A stretch of 64,000 nucleotides of DNA from Gammaproteobacteria bacterium (lineage in GTDB: Bacteria > Pseudomonadota > Gammaproteobacteria > Pseudomonadales > Azotimanducaceae): assembly GCA_026708185.1 (NCBI GenBank), contig JAPOVK010000003.1, positions 10,799-74,798 of the forward strand. The letters are read 5' to 3'. The position numbers were made by a program, and so were the translations under genes. The notes under the pieces were generated by a model. It saw only the letters and a list, made by a program, of their open reading frames with translations. It did no database searches and had not been told where the DNA came from. Every line of letters starts with the position of its first letter. Position 1 is the first letter of the stretch. Below are positions 1-11,010 of this stretch, piece by piece.

Positions 1-645
1 CTCTTCGAAGGTGCGCACGATGTTGGCGATGGTGGACATCTTCTGGCCGATGGCCACGTAGATGCACTTGATGCCCGTGCCCTTCTGGTTGATCACCGCG
101 TCCACGGCGATCGCCGTCTTGCCGATCTGCCGGTCGCCGATGATCAGTTCGCGTTGGCCGCGGCCGATGGGAACCATCGCGTCGATGCACTTGATGCCCA
201 TCTGCACGGGTTGCTCGACGGTCTGACGGGCGATGACGCCCGGAGCGACCTTCTCGACCGGGGATGTGGCGGTCGCGTTGATGGGGCCCTTGCCGTCGAT
301 GGGTTCGCCGAGTGCGTTGACGACCCGGCCCAGGAGTTCGCGACCCACCGGCACTTCCAGGATGCGCTTGGTGCAGCGCGCGGTCATGCCTTCGGAGAGA
401 CCCTCGTAGTCGCCGAGGACAACGCAGCCGACCGAGTCGCGTTCGAGGTTCAACGCCATGCCGGTCAGGCCGCCGGTGAATTCGATCATCTCGCCGTATT
501 GGGCCTCGGCCAAGCCGTGCACGCGCACGATGCCGTCCGAAACGCTGACGATGGTGCCTTCGTTGGCGGGTTGCGCCGATACGTCGAGCGCCTCGATCCG
601 GTCGCGGATGATGTCGGTGATTTCCGCGGGGTTCAGTTGCTGCAT
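1..645 (-). CDS. atpA: F1 ATP synthase alpha subunit, N-terminal ~215 codons (3' end lies beyond the window start)
   Basis: My reverse-strand translation from ATG at 645-643 reads [18 protein letters not shown]...[31 protein letters not shown] (Walker A). It is absent from the ORF track because it runs off the edge. It follows atpH in the canonical order. Confidence 0.93.
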   Translation of the reverse strand, partial: MQQLNPAEITDIIRDRIEALDVSAQPANEGTIVSVSDGIVRVHGLAEAQYGEMIEFTGGLTGMALNLERDSVGCVVLGDYEGLSEGMTARCTKRILEVPVGRELLGRVVNALGEPIDGKGPINATATSPVEKVAPGVIARQTVEQPVQMGIKCIDAMVPIGRGQRELIIGDRQIGKTAIAVDAVINQKGTGIKCIYVAIGQKMSTIANIVRTFEE

Positions 646-679
646 GACTTAACTCTCTAGTGTTTGTGCTTGAGCGCGG

Positions 680-1219
680 TCAGGCGCGCTGAAGCGCTTC
701 GACCAAGCGGGTGAGACGGCCGCGCACGGAGCCGTCGATGACCGTGTCGCCGGCACGAATGACCGCGCCGCCAACCAGGCTCGGGTCCACGGCGACGCTG
801 ACATTGACCTGCTGGCTGAAGCGGCGCTCCAAGGCTTGGGCATAGTCGTTCATCTGGGTCTCGGAAAGGCCGACGGCGGCGGCGATTTCAACGTCGAGGA
901 CTTGCTCCGCCTCGGCCTTCCGGGCCTCGTACTGTTCTGCGATCTCCGGCAGCAACTCGAGGCGCTTGTTGTCCGCCAGGACGAGGACGAAGCGTCGGCC
1001 GGCGTCGTCGAGATCGTCGCGGACGAGGTCGATGAGCCGATGCGCCTTGGCTTCGCTCGGCAATGCAGGCGAGCCGATCAGCGCCTTCGCCTCCGGCGTC
1101 TGGGCCGCTGCGGACAGCAGGCCGAGCATCCGCGACCAACGCTCGAGACGATCCGCCGAACGCGCCAGGTCGAAGGCCGCCTTGGCGTAGGGGCGCGCCA
1201 GGGTTGCGAGTTCCGCCAC
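680..1219 (-). CDS. atpH: F1 ATP synthase delta subunit (OSCP)
   Basis: 179-aa ORF MAELATLARPYAKAAFDLA... with a typical delta-subunit N-terminus, placed between atpF and atpA. Confidence 0.9.
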   Translation of the reverse strand: MAELATLARPYAKAAFDLARSADRLERWSRMLGLLSAAAQTPEAKALIGSPALPSEAKAHRLIDLVRDDLDDAGRRFVLVLADNKRLELLPEIAEQYEARKAEAEQVLDVEIAAAVGLSETQMNDYAQALERRFSQQVNVSVAVDPSLVGGAVIRAGDTVIDGSVRGRLTRLVEALQRA

Positions 1220-1230
1220 CGTCTCGCTCC

Positions 1231-1701
1231 TTAAAGATCCGCGGCGATGCGGTTCAGCAGCGCATCGTGCCGGTCACGGTCGATCGACGCCTCGAGAATC
1301 CGCTCCGCGCCAGCGACGGCCAACTCCGCCACTTGGCCGCGCAGCGTTTCCTTGGCCCGGTTGACCTCTTGCGCCACGTCGGACTGCGCGGCGGTCAGAA
1401 TCCGCGCGCGCTCCGCTTCCGCGTCGGCCTTGGCGTTCTCGATCATCTGCGCCGCCTGGCCGCGGGCCTCGTCAACGATGCCGCGGGCCTGCGCGCGCGC
1501 TTCGTTCAAGGCCTCCTCGGCGCGGGCTTGGGCGTGTTCCAGATCCCGCTCCGCCTTGGCCGCGTTCTCCAAGCCCGCCGCCAGGGTCTCCTGGCGTTCG
1601 CGCATGGCCTGGATGAGGAACGGCCAGATGAACTTCCAGCAGAACCCCACGAAGATGAAGAAGGCGATCGTCTGGCCGATCAAGGTGAACGTGATGTTCA
1701 T
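1231..1701 (-). CDS. atpF: F0 ATP synthase subunit b
   Basis: 156-aa ORF with an N-terminal TM helix (NITFTLIGQTIAFFIFVGFCWKFIWP) followed by a long charged Ala/Glu/Arg helix. Operon position fits. Confidence 0.9.
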   Translation of the reverse strand: MNITFTLIGQTIAFFIFVGFCWKFIWPFLIQAMRERQETLAAGLENAAKAERDLEHAQARAEEALNEARAQARGIVDEARGQAAQMIENAKADAEAERARILTAAQSDVAQEVNRAKETLRGQVAELAVAGAERILEASIDRDRHDALLNRIAADL

Positions 1702-1746
1702 GTGCGCTTCTCCTTGGTCCGCTTGGTGTTACGTCCGGTTGGGCGC

Positions 1747-2924
<1,178 letters not shown>

Positions 2925-2941
2925 TCAGTTCTACGAGTCCA

Positions 2942-3376
2942 CTAATTCCCGCCGACCAACGGCGACGCCAATTGCGCCAGGAGCGCCGCACTGAGCCCCA
3001 CGAAGAACCCGAGGCCGCCAGCATCCGCGACGACGATGGCGGCGACAAGCAACGCGACCGTCAGCGCGATCTTCACAACCCAGCGACCGATCAGTCCGCC
3101 CGCCGCCAGCAGCGCTTCCTGCTCATTCGGGCTTGGGCGCAAGGGGCGCATTGCCGCCCACGCGAAGTACGCGTTCGGCAAGACCACCGCGAAGCCTCCC
3201 AAAAGCGCGGACTTGGCCTCGTCCACGCCCCCGACCAGCATCAGCGCTGCGACCGCCAACGTCACGGCGGCCTGCAAACCGACTACTCGAACCGGCCCCT
3301 TAAGCCGCACGGGTCCGGTAGGACGCGCATCGCCTGCGGTCATACGCCGATTCCGACGTTCCGCGGAGCCTCTCAA
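2942..3376 (-). CDS. atpI: ATP synthase protein I-like small membrane protein
   Basis: Hydrophobic 144-aa ORF immediately upstream of atpB. The true start may be the internal Met at 3343. Confidence 0.65.
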   Translation of the reverse strand: MRGSAERRNRRMTAGDARPTGPVRLKGPVRVVGLQAAVTLAVAALMLVGGVDEAKSALLGGFAVVLPNAYFAWAAMRPLRPSPNEQEALLAAGGLIGRWVVKIALTVALLVAAIVVADAGGLGFFVGLSAALLAQLASPLVGGN

Positions 3377-3631
3377 GGTCGCAAAGCGCGCGGATTATAC
3401 GGTTGCGGGGTGGCTTTTCAAACCGCAGGGCCGTCTTTTCCACGTCTTTTCCAGCCGTTTCCTTCGTTCGGGGCACAGATGGCAGATTTCCTACACGCTG
3501 AAGGGACATTCGTCCATCGACAGGACGCAAAACGCTCGGTAGCGTCTTCGCCCTAGACAACCGACCGTATGAGTCTCAATCGTAGACGCATCACGGCTCG
3601 GGGGAATACTATCTACTGGTCGGGTTGCTTG

Positions 3632-4042
3632 ATGTCCACAGTTCGCTCGATGCCCCTATTCGACACCCACAAGGCCGTGAAGGCGCTGTCTCACGCCGGG
3701 TTCGACGACACCCAGGCGGAAGCGGTGGTCGAGCAGATCAACGAAGCCGTCAACGAGAACGTCGCAACCAAGAGCGACTTCGAGCGCTTTGTTGCCAAGC
3801 TGGATCTCGAACGCTTCGCGACCAAGGAGGATCTCGAGCGTTTCGCCACCAAGGAGGACCTCATGCGCTTCGCCACCAAGGAGGACCTCAAGCGCTTCGC
3901 CACCAAGGAAGATCTGTTGAAGCTTGAGTTGCGCATCAACGAGAAGTTCGACAAGTTCAGCGCATCGCTGCTCAGGTACGCGCTCGGCCTCGTCGGGTTG
4001 GCTGTCGCGCTGACCAAGGCGCTGGATTTCGTCGTCGGCTAA
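3632..4042 (+). CDS. DUF1640-like coiled-coil protein with C-terminal TM anchor and 9-aa tandem repeats
   Basis: ...PLFDTHKAVKALSHAGFDDTQAEAVVEQINEA... resembles the DUF1640 N-terminus. The C-terminal LLRYALGLVGLAVALTKAL is a TM helix. The start is uncertain (3632 or 3650). Its stop overlaps the parB stop convergently. Confidence 0.55.
   Translation: MSTVRSMPLFDTHKAVKALSHAGFDDTQAEAVVEQINEAVNENVATKSDFERFVAKLDLERFATKEDLERFATKEDLMRFATKEDLKRFATKEDLLKLELRINEKFDKFSASLLRYALGLVGLAVALTKALDFVVG
3776..3910 (+). repeat. Five in-frame tandem copies of a 27-nt unit (D-[FL]-x-R-F-[VA]-[AT]-K-[LE])
   Basis: Read directly: gacttcgagcgctttgttgccaagctg / gatctcgaacgcttcgcgaccaaggag / gatctcgagcgtttcgccaccaaggag / gacctcatgcgcttcgccaccaaggag / gacctcaagcgcttcgccaccaaggaa. 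Confidence 0.9.
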
Positions 4043-4914
4043 AGCCCTCCCCGCGCCTCGCCTAAACGCTCGAGGACATTGTCGAGTTCGTCCAGGTTGC
4101 CGTAGCGGATGACGATCCGCCCGGTGCCGCGACGTCCGGTCGAAATGGTCGTCGGCGCGCCAAGGTGTTCGCTCAGACTGCGCTCCAAGCGACGCGTGTC
4201 CGGATCCGGTTGCTGGCGCGCAGGACGCTCGCCGTTCTGCATTCGTTTGACCAACGCCTCGGCTTGGCGGACGGACAGACCCTTCGCGACGATTCGCCGC
4301 GCCGCGGCTTCCTGGTCGCCTGTCGACAACGGCAACAAGGCCCGGGCATGGCCCATTTCGAGCTCGCCGGTCTCTAGGAACTCGCTCGCGCCCGGCGCAA
4401 GGTTCAGCAATCTCAGCATGTTGCTGACCGCGGCCCGCGACCGGCCCACGGCTTCCGCCAACGCCTCGTGCGTGAACGCGAACTCCGCGAGCAAGCCCTT
4501 GAACGCCCGGGCTTCCTCCAACGGGGTCAAGTCCTCGCGCTGTATGTTCTCGATCAGCGCCATGGCCATGGCCTGCCGGTCATCGACGTCGCGCACCACC
4601 ACCGGCACGCTCGCCAAGCCGGCGCGCTCCGCGGCACGCCAACGGCGTTCGCCGGCGATGATCTCGAAACCGCCAGCGGGGCGGCGGCGGACGACGAGCG
4701 GCTCGATGACGCCTTGGGCGCGGATCGACTGGGCCAAGTCGTCAAGGGCCTCTTCGCGGACCCGGGAGCGCGGCTGATGCGGATTGGGATAGAGCAAGTG
4801 AAGGGGCAATTCGGTCGCGGCGGCGCTGGTCCCGCCGTTCGGGCCGTCGTCAGGCACCTCCGGCAATAGCGCATCAAGACCCTTCCCCAAGCCGCCTCTG
4901 CGCCTAGTGGCCAT
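4039..4914 (-). CDS. parB: Chromosome partitioning protein ParB
   Basis: MATRRRGGLGKGLDALL..., GERRWRAA box and an HTH region. I prefer the start at 4914 because GGAGG lies 6 nt upstream. The track ORF extends to 4944. Confidence 0.9.
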   Translation of the reverse strand: MATRRRGGLGKGLDALLPEVPDDGPNGGTSAAATELPLHLLYPNPHQPRSRVREEALDDLAQSIRAQGVIEPLVVRRRPAGGFEIIAGERRWRAAERAGLASVPVVVRDVDDRQAMAMALIENIQREDLTPLEEARAFKGLLAEFAFTHEALAEAVGRSRAAVSNMLRLLNLAPGASEFLETGELEMGHARALLPLSTGDQEAAARRIVAKGLSVRQAEALVKRMQNGERPARQQPDPDTRRLERSLSEHLGAPTTISTGRRGTGRIVIRYGNLDELDNVLERLGEARGGL

Positions 4915-5725
4915 TTGCAGCCTCCGTGTGCGGCGGTCCGCCATTCGGCGTCTGGGCCCGGTGAGCCGCTACTCGTTTCTGAAGCTCCGCAGCGAGCGCC
5001 AAGTACGCCCTCGCGCCGGTGCAGGCCGCGTCGTATTGAATGACAGGCAGGCCGTGGCTAGGCGCCTCCGCGAGCCGGACGTTACGCGGAATCACCGTCC
5101 TGAAGACCTGGTTGCTGAAGTGCTTGAGCAGTTGCCGGGAGACGTCCCGACTCAGCCGGTTCCGGGGGTCGTACATGGTGCGCAGGATGCCTTCGATGGC
5201 AAGTTTCGGGTTGCCCCGCTGGCGCACGCCGCGGATCGTCAGCAGCAGCGCCGTCAGGCCCTCTAACGGGTAGTACTCGCACTGCATCGGTATCAATACG
5301 CCGTGCGACGCCATCAGCGCATTGAGTGTCAACACGTTCAACGACGGCGGACAGTCGATGATGACGAAGTCGAACGCCGAGTCGGCTTCGTCAAGGCGGG
5401 ACCGCAGTCGCGTCGAACGGTCCTCGGTCGAGAGGAGGGCGACTTCAGCCGCGGTGAGATCGCCGTTGGCGGGAACCAACTGGAACAGGCCCGCGGCACG
5501 ACAGGCAACCTCGCTGAATGGCGCATCCTCCGTGAGCCATTCCAACGCGCTCGCATCCAAGGCGTCCTTGTCGACGCCTGACCCCATGGTGGCGTTGCCT
5601 TGCGGGTCGAGATCGACGAGGAGGGTTCGGAATCGGGCGGCGCCCAAAGCGGCAGCGAGGTTGACGCTGGTCGTGGTTTTGCCGACCCCGCCTTTCTGGT
5701 TGGCTATGGCAATCCGCCGTGCCAT
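4904..5725 (-). CDS. parA: Chromosome partitioning ATPase ParA/Soj
   Basis: MARRIAIANQKGGVGKTTTSVNLAA (deviant Walker A), 273 aa, directly upstream of parB. Confidence 0.93.
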   Translation of the reverse strand: MARRIAIANQKGGVGKTTTSVNLAAALGAARFRTLLVDLDPQGNATMGSGVDKDALDASALEWLTEDAPFSEVACRAAGLFQLVPANGDLTAAEVALLSTEDRSTRLRSRLDEADSAFDFVIIDCPPSLNVLTLNALMASHGVLIPMQCEYYPLEGLTALLLTIRGVRQRGNPKLAIEGILRTMYDPRNRLSRDVSRQLLKHFSNQVFRTVIPRNVRLAEAPSHGLPVIQYDAACTGARAYLALAAELQKRVAAHRAQTPNGGPPHTEAANGH

Positions 5726-5776
5726 CGCGATTCCTTCGCTCTATGGGGCGATCATACACGCCCCGGTCGGCAACCG

Positions 5777-7186
5777 TCATCGCGCCGGGCGCCGAGCGAA
5801 CACAATCGGCAGGCTCCCGCTGGGCCGAAGCACGGGCAAATGCTCGATGGCCGGTGCGTTCGTCGTTGCCAGCTCGAGATCAAACGACCGCAGCAGCGCG
5901 ACGAAGAACGCCTTGGCTTCAACCAAGGCGAAGTGCGTTCCCATACACATGTGTCTACCCCTCCCGAACGGGATCCACGTGAACGGGTCGACGGTGCGCA
6001 CCGAACCCTCGAGGAAACGTCCAGGCTGGAAGGAGTCCGGATTCTCGAACGCTTGAGCGTCCCGGTGGCAAACCTGGGGTGGCAGGAGAATGTGACTGTT
6101 GGCCGGGATGCGGTGGCCGGACCAATCGAAAGGCCGCACGTTGCGCCGCGGAAGTAGCTGTATGGGAGCGTAGAGCCGCAACGTCTCCCGGAAGACCGCT
6201 TCGAAGACCGGCATCTCGGACAGTTCGTCCAAAGTGGGTGCCTCGCCGGGACGCCTCGCGACGATCTCCGCGCGCACTTCGGCCTGCCATTCGGTATGCC
6301 GTGCCAGGGAGTACATCACCAGCGCCATGGCGCTGGCCGTCGTCTCATGGGCGGCAAACACCATGCCGAAAACGTGGTCCACGACGTCCTGGTCGCGCAA
6401 CGCGCGGCCACTTTCGTCGGCGAGGCGAGACAACCGACTGAAGAGATCGCTCGCATCGCCGTCTCGCCGCCGCGGCAACTCGGCAAGCAGAGCGGCGCGA
6501 AGCCGGTCGCGCGCCTGCAACGCGCGACGGTAGCGGCTGCCGGGCCACCGGCTCCGCCGCGTCATCACGCCGTCGAGCACGCGCACGGTGTCCGAGTAGA
6601 TCGCCTCGACATTCCTCCCCGGCTCGAATCCGCCAAAGACGGCAAGCGCTATATCCAACGCAAGCCGTTTCGCGAGCCGGTATGCGTCCGCCGCGCCGCC
6701 CAGGGCGGTGACCTCGTCCCGAATCAGACCATTGATGCACACGAGATCGCGTCGTAGCGCGTCGGCTGCGAAGAACGGACGCAGCAAAGTGCGGTGAAGA
6801 GCATGATCCTCGAAGTCGCGCAGCAGCACGAAGCCACCGAGGACGTCGAGCGCCACCTCCCAACCCAACCGGCTGGAGAAGTTGCCGTCGCTGTCGAGGA
6901 GCACGTACCGATTCGCCGCCTGTCCTGCCAGCACGACCACGCGACGATTGCGCAACAAGCCGACGGTGAAGCAGTCGCCGTGCCGCGCCTTCATCTCGAG
7001 CAGGAACGGGGTCGGATCGGGCAGCAGACCTCGGAGATTGCCGAAGTAGAAATGCCCGTGCGGGCCGGGAGGTGCGCCAGGTCGTTGGTCGGGGTCCGCG
7101 GGAGCCCATCCGATGCGACTGAGAGGGCTGGCACGTATTGCACGACGACTCCGGGCTTCCCGCCTTGCTAGTATCCGAGCGATCAC
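5777..7186 (-). CDS. Cytochrome P450
   Basis: Heme-thiolate loop FGRGRHMCMGTHFA (FxxGxxxCxG), ExxR (ETLRL) and an I-helix-like AAHETT. The start is uncertain. Confidence 0.88.
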   Translation of the reverse strand: MIARILARREARSRRAIRASPLSRIGWAPADPDQRPGAPPGPHGHFYFGNLRGLLPDPTPFLLEMKARHGDCFTVGLLRNRRVVVLAGQAANRYVLLDSDGNFSSRLGWEVALDVLGGFVLLRDFEDHALHRTLLRPFFAADALRRDLVCINGLIRDEVTALGGAADAYRLAKRLALDIALAVFGGFEPGRNVEAIYSDTVRVLDGVMTRRSRWPGSRYRRALQARDRLRAALLAELPRRRDGDASDLFSRLSRLADESGRALRDQDVVDHVFGMVFAAHETTASAMALVMYSLARHTEWQAEVRAEIVARRPGEAPTLDELSEMPVFEAVFRETLRLYAPIQLLPRRNVRPFDWSGHRIPANSHILLPPQVCHRDAQAFENPDSFQPGRFLEGSVRTVDPFTWIPFGRGRHMCMGTHFALVEAKAFFVALLRSFDLELATTNAPAIEHLPVLRPSGSLPIVFARRPAR

Positions 7187-7215
7187 TAGGTTTTCCTACT
7201 CGGATTCCCCGCGCA

Positions 7216-7852
7216 ATGCCCGACGCAACCGCGACCCGCGCTCAGCCTGCGTACGCGCTACGCAAGCGCCCGAAGCAAGGCCGCTCCAAAGCCACGGTGA
7301 CGGCGATACTCGACGACGCCGCTCGGATACTGACCGAGTCCGGCTACGCCGCCGCCAGCACGAACCGGATCGCCGAGCGCGCCGGCGTCAGCATCGGGTC
7401 GCTCTACGAGTACTTTCCCGGCAAGGAGGCGATCTTCGCGGAGTTGCGTCGGCGGGAGGGCCAGACGTACTACGCCGAACTCATGGCCGGACTCCGACCC
7501 GAAAGCCCACGCGTCGCCATCCGCCACATCGTGCGATCGCGGCTCGGCTGGATGCGACGCAACCCAACCCTCTACGCCGCCTTGGAGGCCGAGATACCGG
7601 CATGCCATCGCGGAGGTCGAGGCGGAGATCTTCCAAGACTTCCTCGGGCTCTCGCTCGCATTCTTGAACGCTCACCGCGATCTCTTGCGCCCGACGGTGG
7701 AGCTCGAGTTCCTGGCCGAGTTCCTGATCCACGCGGTAAGCGCGACCGCCAACACCTACGGGCTGCGAGCGCCCGAACGGCTAGACGATCCCCAACTCGA
7801 ACGAGCCCTGATCGAGATGGTGGAACGCTACCTCCTAGAGGACGGCCGCTAG
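7216..7852 (+). pseudogene. TetR/AcrR-family regulator with an apparent 1-nt frameshift near 7603
   Basis: Frame 1 gives RKRPKQGRSKATVTAILDDAARILTESGYAAASTNRIAERAGVSIGSLYEYFPGKEAIF (TetR HTH) up to ...NPTLYAALEAEIPA, then turns Arg/Pro-rich. Frame 2 from 7604 gives AIAEVEAEIFQDFLGLSLAFLNAHRDLLRPTVELEFLAEFLIHAVSA...ERYLLEDGR, a plausible TetR C-terminal domain. Confidence 0.7.
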
Positions 7853-7887
7853 ACGAACCGCGGACCGCGACGTTGTAGCATCCCGCC

Positions 7888-9072
7888 ATGACCGCCCGCG
7901 AAGTCACCCGCTACGCGCGTTGGTTCCTTGCCACGCTCGGACGCCAATTCGTGGCGCGCGACTGCGCCCGTGCCGCGGCGGCATTGACCTTCACAACGCT
8001 GATCGCGGCCGTGCCGTTCATCGCGGTCATCTACCGGGTGCTGTCGCTCATGCCCCTGTTCGACGACACCGGGGACGTGATCACCGGCTTCATCTTCGAG
8101 AACTTCGTCGCCGGATCGAGCGACGTCGTGGTGGACAAGCTGCGCGAGTTCTCGGCCAACGCCAATCAATTGACGCTGGCCGGCATCATCTTCGTATTCG
8201 TCACCACCATGCTGCTCTTGATGAACGTCGAGCGGACGTTCAACGCCATCTGGGACGTGGCGGACGTACGCCGCGGCGCGGCGCGCTTCTTCACGTATTG
8301 GGGCGTCATCACCCTGGCCGTGCCGCTGATCGGAGCCGCAGTCGTCGCGGCGAGCTACGACTTCGGCCTGTCCTTCATGCGCAACCTCGACACCGGTCTA
8401 TACGGCGGCTGGCTGCCCCTCATCGCGACCGCCGCCACGTTCTCCTTGCTCTACTACGCCGTGCCGAGCACACCGGTTCGCGTCGTCCATGCCCTCGCCG
8501 GGGGCATCGTCACCGCGGCCGTGTTCGAAGCCGCAAAGACACTGTTCGGCGCCCTTGTCCCGCTGCTGCAGCATCAGTTCGTCTACGGCACGTTCGCCGC
8601 GTTGCCGCTGTTCCTGATGGGCCTGTACCTGCTCTGGGCACTGGTCCTTGCCGGCGCGCTGTTCGTGCGCACGCTCGGCCTCAAACCACCGCCCAGCCAG
8701 GCGTCCGCCGACGCCCCGCTCCTGATGCGCTGCCTCACGGTCCTGCGGCTGTTGCGTGATGCGCATCTCGAGGGTGCATCGGTCGACGATGCAGCCGTGG
8801 ACTCCGCCGTCGAACTCGCGCCGTCCGAGCGGGAACGCGTCTTCAGCGCGCTTCAGGACACGGGCCTCGCGGCCCGCGTAAACGCCGACGACGCCTGGGT
8901 GCTGGGCCGCAGCCTGGCGCAGGTGACGCTTTGGGATCTCTGCCAGCGCCTGCCGGAAGGGCTCGATGACCCGCTGATCGGGAACGACCGCGTGGCGATG
9001 CGTCTGCAGGCGTTTTCCGCCCACGTCCGGGTCGAACTGGGCGTCGGACTGGATCAAGTGTTGAAGGACTGA
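7888..9072 (+). CDS. YihY/BrkB-family inner membrane protein
   Basis: The N-terminus ...ARDCARAAAALTFTTLIAAVPFIAVIY is typical of the YihY family. Polytopic, 394 aa. Confidence 0.78.
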   Translation: MTAREVTRYARWFLATLGRQFVARDCARAAAALTFTTLIAAVPFIAVIYRVLSLMPLFDDTGDVITGFIFENFVAGSSDVVVDKLREFSANANQLTLAGIIFVFVTTMLLLMNVERTFNAIWDVADVRRGAARFFTYWGVITLAVPLIGAAVVAASYDFGLSFMRNLDTGLYGGWLPLIATAATFSLLYYAVPSTPVRVVHALAGGIVTAAVFEAAKTLFGALVPLLQHQFVYGTFAALPLFLMGLYLLWALVLAGALFVRTLGLKPPPSQASADAPLLMRCLTVLRLLRDAHLEGASVDDAAVDSAVELAPSERERVFSALQDTGLAARVNADDAWVLGRSLAQVTLWDLCQRLPEGLDDPLIGNDRVAMRLQAFSAHVRVELGVGLDQVLKD

Positions 9073-9077
9073 GCGGG

Positions 9078-9761
9078 CTAGGGTGGTTCGGCGTTTTCTT
9101 TGCTAAGCGTCAGCGGGGCCGCAGCGATGGGCGTGTGCATTTCGCCGATGAAAGCGTCGCCGCTGACCGCGCCGACGACCTCGTATCCGGGCCGCGCAAA
9201 AAAGCGCACACCGTCGCTGAGGTCTACGTTGGCAGGCTCGGTCTCGCCACCGTAGGTGCGCAGCTCGATCACCCCGGTCAGCTCGCCAATGTCGTTCAGC
9301 GCGAAGCGCAGGGCGACCTCCAACGTCGCCCAGTCGAACTCCACCGTGCCGGCCCAGGCGCCGCTCAGCCGCTCGACCTCGGCGGGCGTGGGTAGCGGCC
9401 GGGCGTACCGCGACAATCGCAACGGCACGTCGGTGCCCGGCTGCGTCCATCGCGCGGTTAGAACGTCGTCGGCAACGGTGCCTTCAACCACGGCTCCGAG
9501 CCGCTCGAAGGCCAAGCGAACGCGCCCACCTTCGATGGTCGCCGAATCCGCACGCGCGCCGTTGACGTTGGGCCACGGTCCCTGCGCCAGGTACACCGCG
9601 TGCCCGCCGCCGACCGTTCGTACAACCAGGTCCACGGCGAGTTCTGTGCCCGCACCGGTCACGAGCGATCCGCGCCAGCCGCCTTCGATGCCCGCTTGGT
9701 CCGGATGGGCCGCAAGAGTTGACAGGATCAGGATCACAACCGCGGATCTGTGCAGGTTCAT
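9078..9761 (-). CDS. Secreted hypothetical protein with an internal ~100-aa duplication
   Basis: I set the start at the internal Met MNLHRSAVVILILSTLAA (signal-like). Two similar halves begin GGWRGSL... and GAWAGTV..., each ending PL(R/T)LS(R/K). No family recognised. Confidence 0.45.
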   Translation of the reverse strand: MNLHRSAVVILILSTLAAHPDQAGIEGGWRGSLVTGAGTELAVDLVVRTVGGGHAVYLAQGPWPNVNGARADSATIEGGRVRLAFERLGAVVEGTVADDVLTARWTQPGTDVPLRLSRYARPLPTPAEVERLSGAWAGTVEFDWATLEVALRFALNDIGELTGVIELRTYGGETEPANVDLSDGVRFFARPGYEVVGAVSGDAFIGEMHTPIAAAPLTLSKENAEPP

Positions 9762-9849
9762 CAGCCAACCGAAAGACCTAGAATCCCGACACTGTGCCTC
9801 ACGGTCTTCCGATCGGCAACGATGAGGCCAGTCCTCAAAGGAGCCCGCA

Positions 9850-11004
9850 ATGCTGCTTCGATCTCTCGCTGCACTCGTAGTCGCCGCCCTCGCGGCAACC
9901 CCTGCCACCGCCGACGACGTCGCGCTGCCGAGCGGCGACACGTCGTCGCTGTTCTGGACACAGGAAGAACGCATTGTCGGCTTTCGTAACTTCGACACCA
10001 TCTACCAGACCCGACCGGTCGACAACGGCAGCGAAGCCCTGGCCTTGGTAGACGACCCGCAGGACTTCTCGGACGTGAGCTACGAGGTCGAAGGCGCGAG
10101 CCACACGCTCGACGACTACCTCGAGGCATTCTACGTCGCGGGCATCCTGGTGGCGAAGGGCGAGCGTATCCTGCTCGAGCGCTACCGCCTCGGTCACAGC
10201 GAGACTTCCCCTTGGGTGTCCTATTCCATCGCCAAGTCGGTCACGTCGCTCCTGGTCGGCGCGGCGATCAGGGACGGCTACATCAAGAGCTTGGACGAGC
10301 CGGTCACCGACTACCTGCCGCGACTCAAAGGCGGGCCGTACGAGGGCACGACGATCCGCAACCTCCTGCACATGGCCTCCGGGGTCGCCTGGAACGAGAG
10401 CTATACGGACCCGGACTCCGATGTCGCGCGCGCCGGCGGCGCCAACGGCATCGCGCTCTTCGACTACCTAGGCGATCTCCAGGTGGCGAACGAACCGGGC
10501 TCACTCTTCAACTACAACACCGGGGAAACCAACCTTGTCGGCGCCTTGTTGCGCGCCGCGATCGGCAACAACGCCTCGAGCTACCTTGCGGCCAAGGTCT
10601 GGCGACCCTTCATGGAACATCCGGCGAGCTGGAGCATCAGTTCGGGCGTGGAACTCGGGGGCTGCTGCATCCATGCGACCCTGCGCGACTACGCGCGGCT
10701 CGGACGTTTCGCACTGCGCGGCGGCGTTCTGCCCGAGGGCACACCGGTCCTGCCCGACGGTTGGATGCTCGAGTCCACGACCGGCTCCGCCGGAAACCCC
10801 GGCTACGGGTACCTGTGGTGGCTTTGGAACGACGGGGCCTACGCCGCGATCGGCATTTTCGGACAATTGATCTGGATCGACCCGCGGCAGGACGTGGTCA
10901 TCGTGACTCAGAGCGCCGCACCTGAGGCCACGAGTGGCGTCCAGTCGACGCATCGTGGTGCGCTGATCGACGCCTTGTACCGGCGCGCCACGGCTCTGCC
11001 CTGA
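9850..11004 (+). CDS. Beta-lactamase-related serine hydrolase (class C/esterase-like), secreted
   Basis: Signal peptide MLLRSLAALVVAALAATPATA and an SxxK motif (YSIAKSVTS). Length 384 aa. Confidence 0.8.
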   Translation: MLLRSLAALVVAALAATPATADDVALPSGDTSSLFWTQEERIVGFRNFDTIYQTRPVDNGSEALALVDDPQDFSDVSYEVEGASHTLDDYLEAFYVAGILVAKGERILLERYRLGHSETSPWVSYSIAKSVTSLLVGAAIRDGYIKSLDEPVTDYLPRLKGGPYEGTTIRNLLHMASGVAWNESYTDPDSDVARAGGANGIALFDYLGDLQVANEPGSLFNYNTGETNLVGALLRAAIGNNASSYLAAKVWRPFMEHPASWSISSGVELGGCCIHATLRDYARLGRFALRGGVLPEGTPVLPDGWMLESTTGSAGNPGYGYLWWLWNDGAYAAIGIFGQLIWIDPRQDVVIVTQSAAPEATSGVQSTHRGALIDALYRRATALP

Positions 11005-11010
11005 TCGGGC

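Noticed and set aside
7168-7206. Short inverted repeats (ATCCGAG...CTCGGAT and CTAGT...ACTAG) in the P450/TetR divergent promoter region, considered as a TetR operator.
   Set aside because: The arms are only 5-7 bp with irregular spacing. That is too weak to call without binding data.
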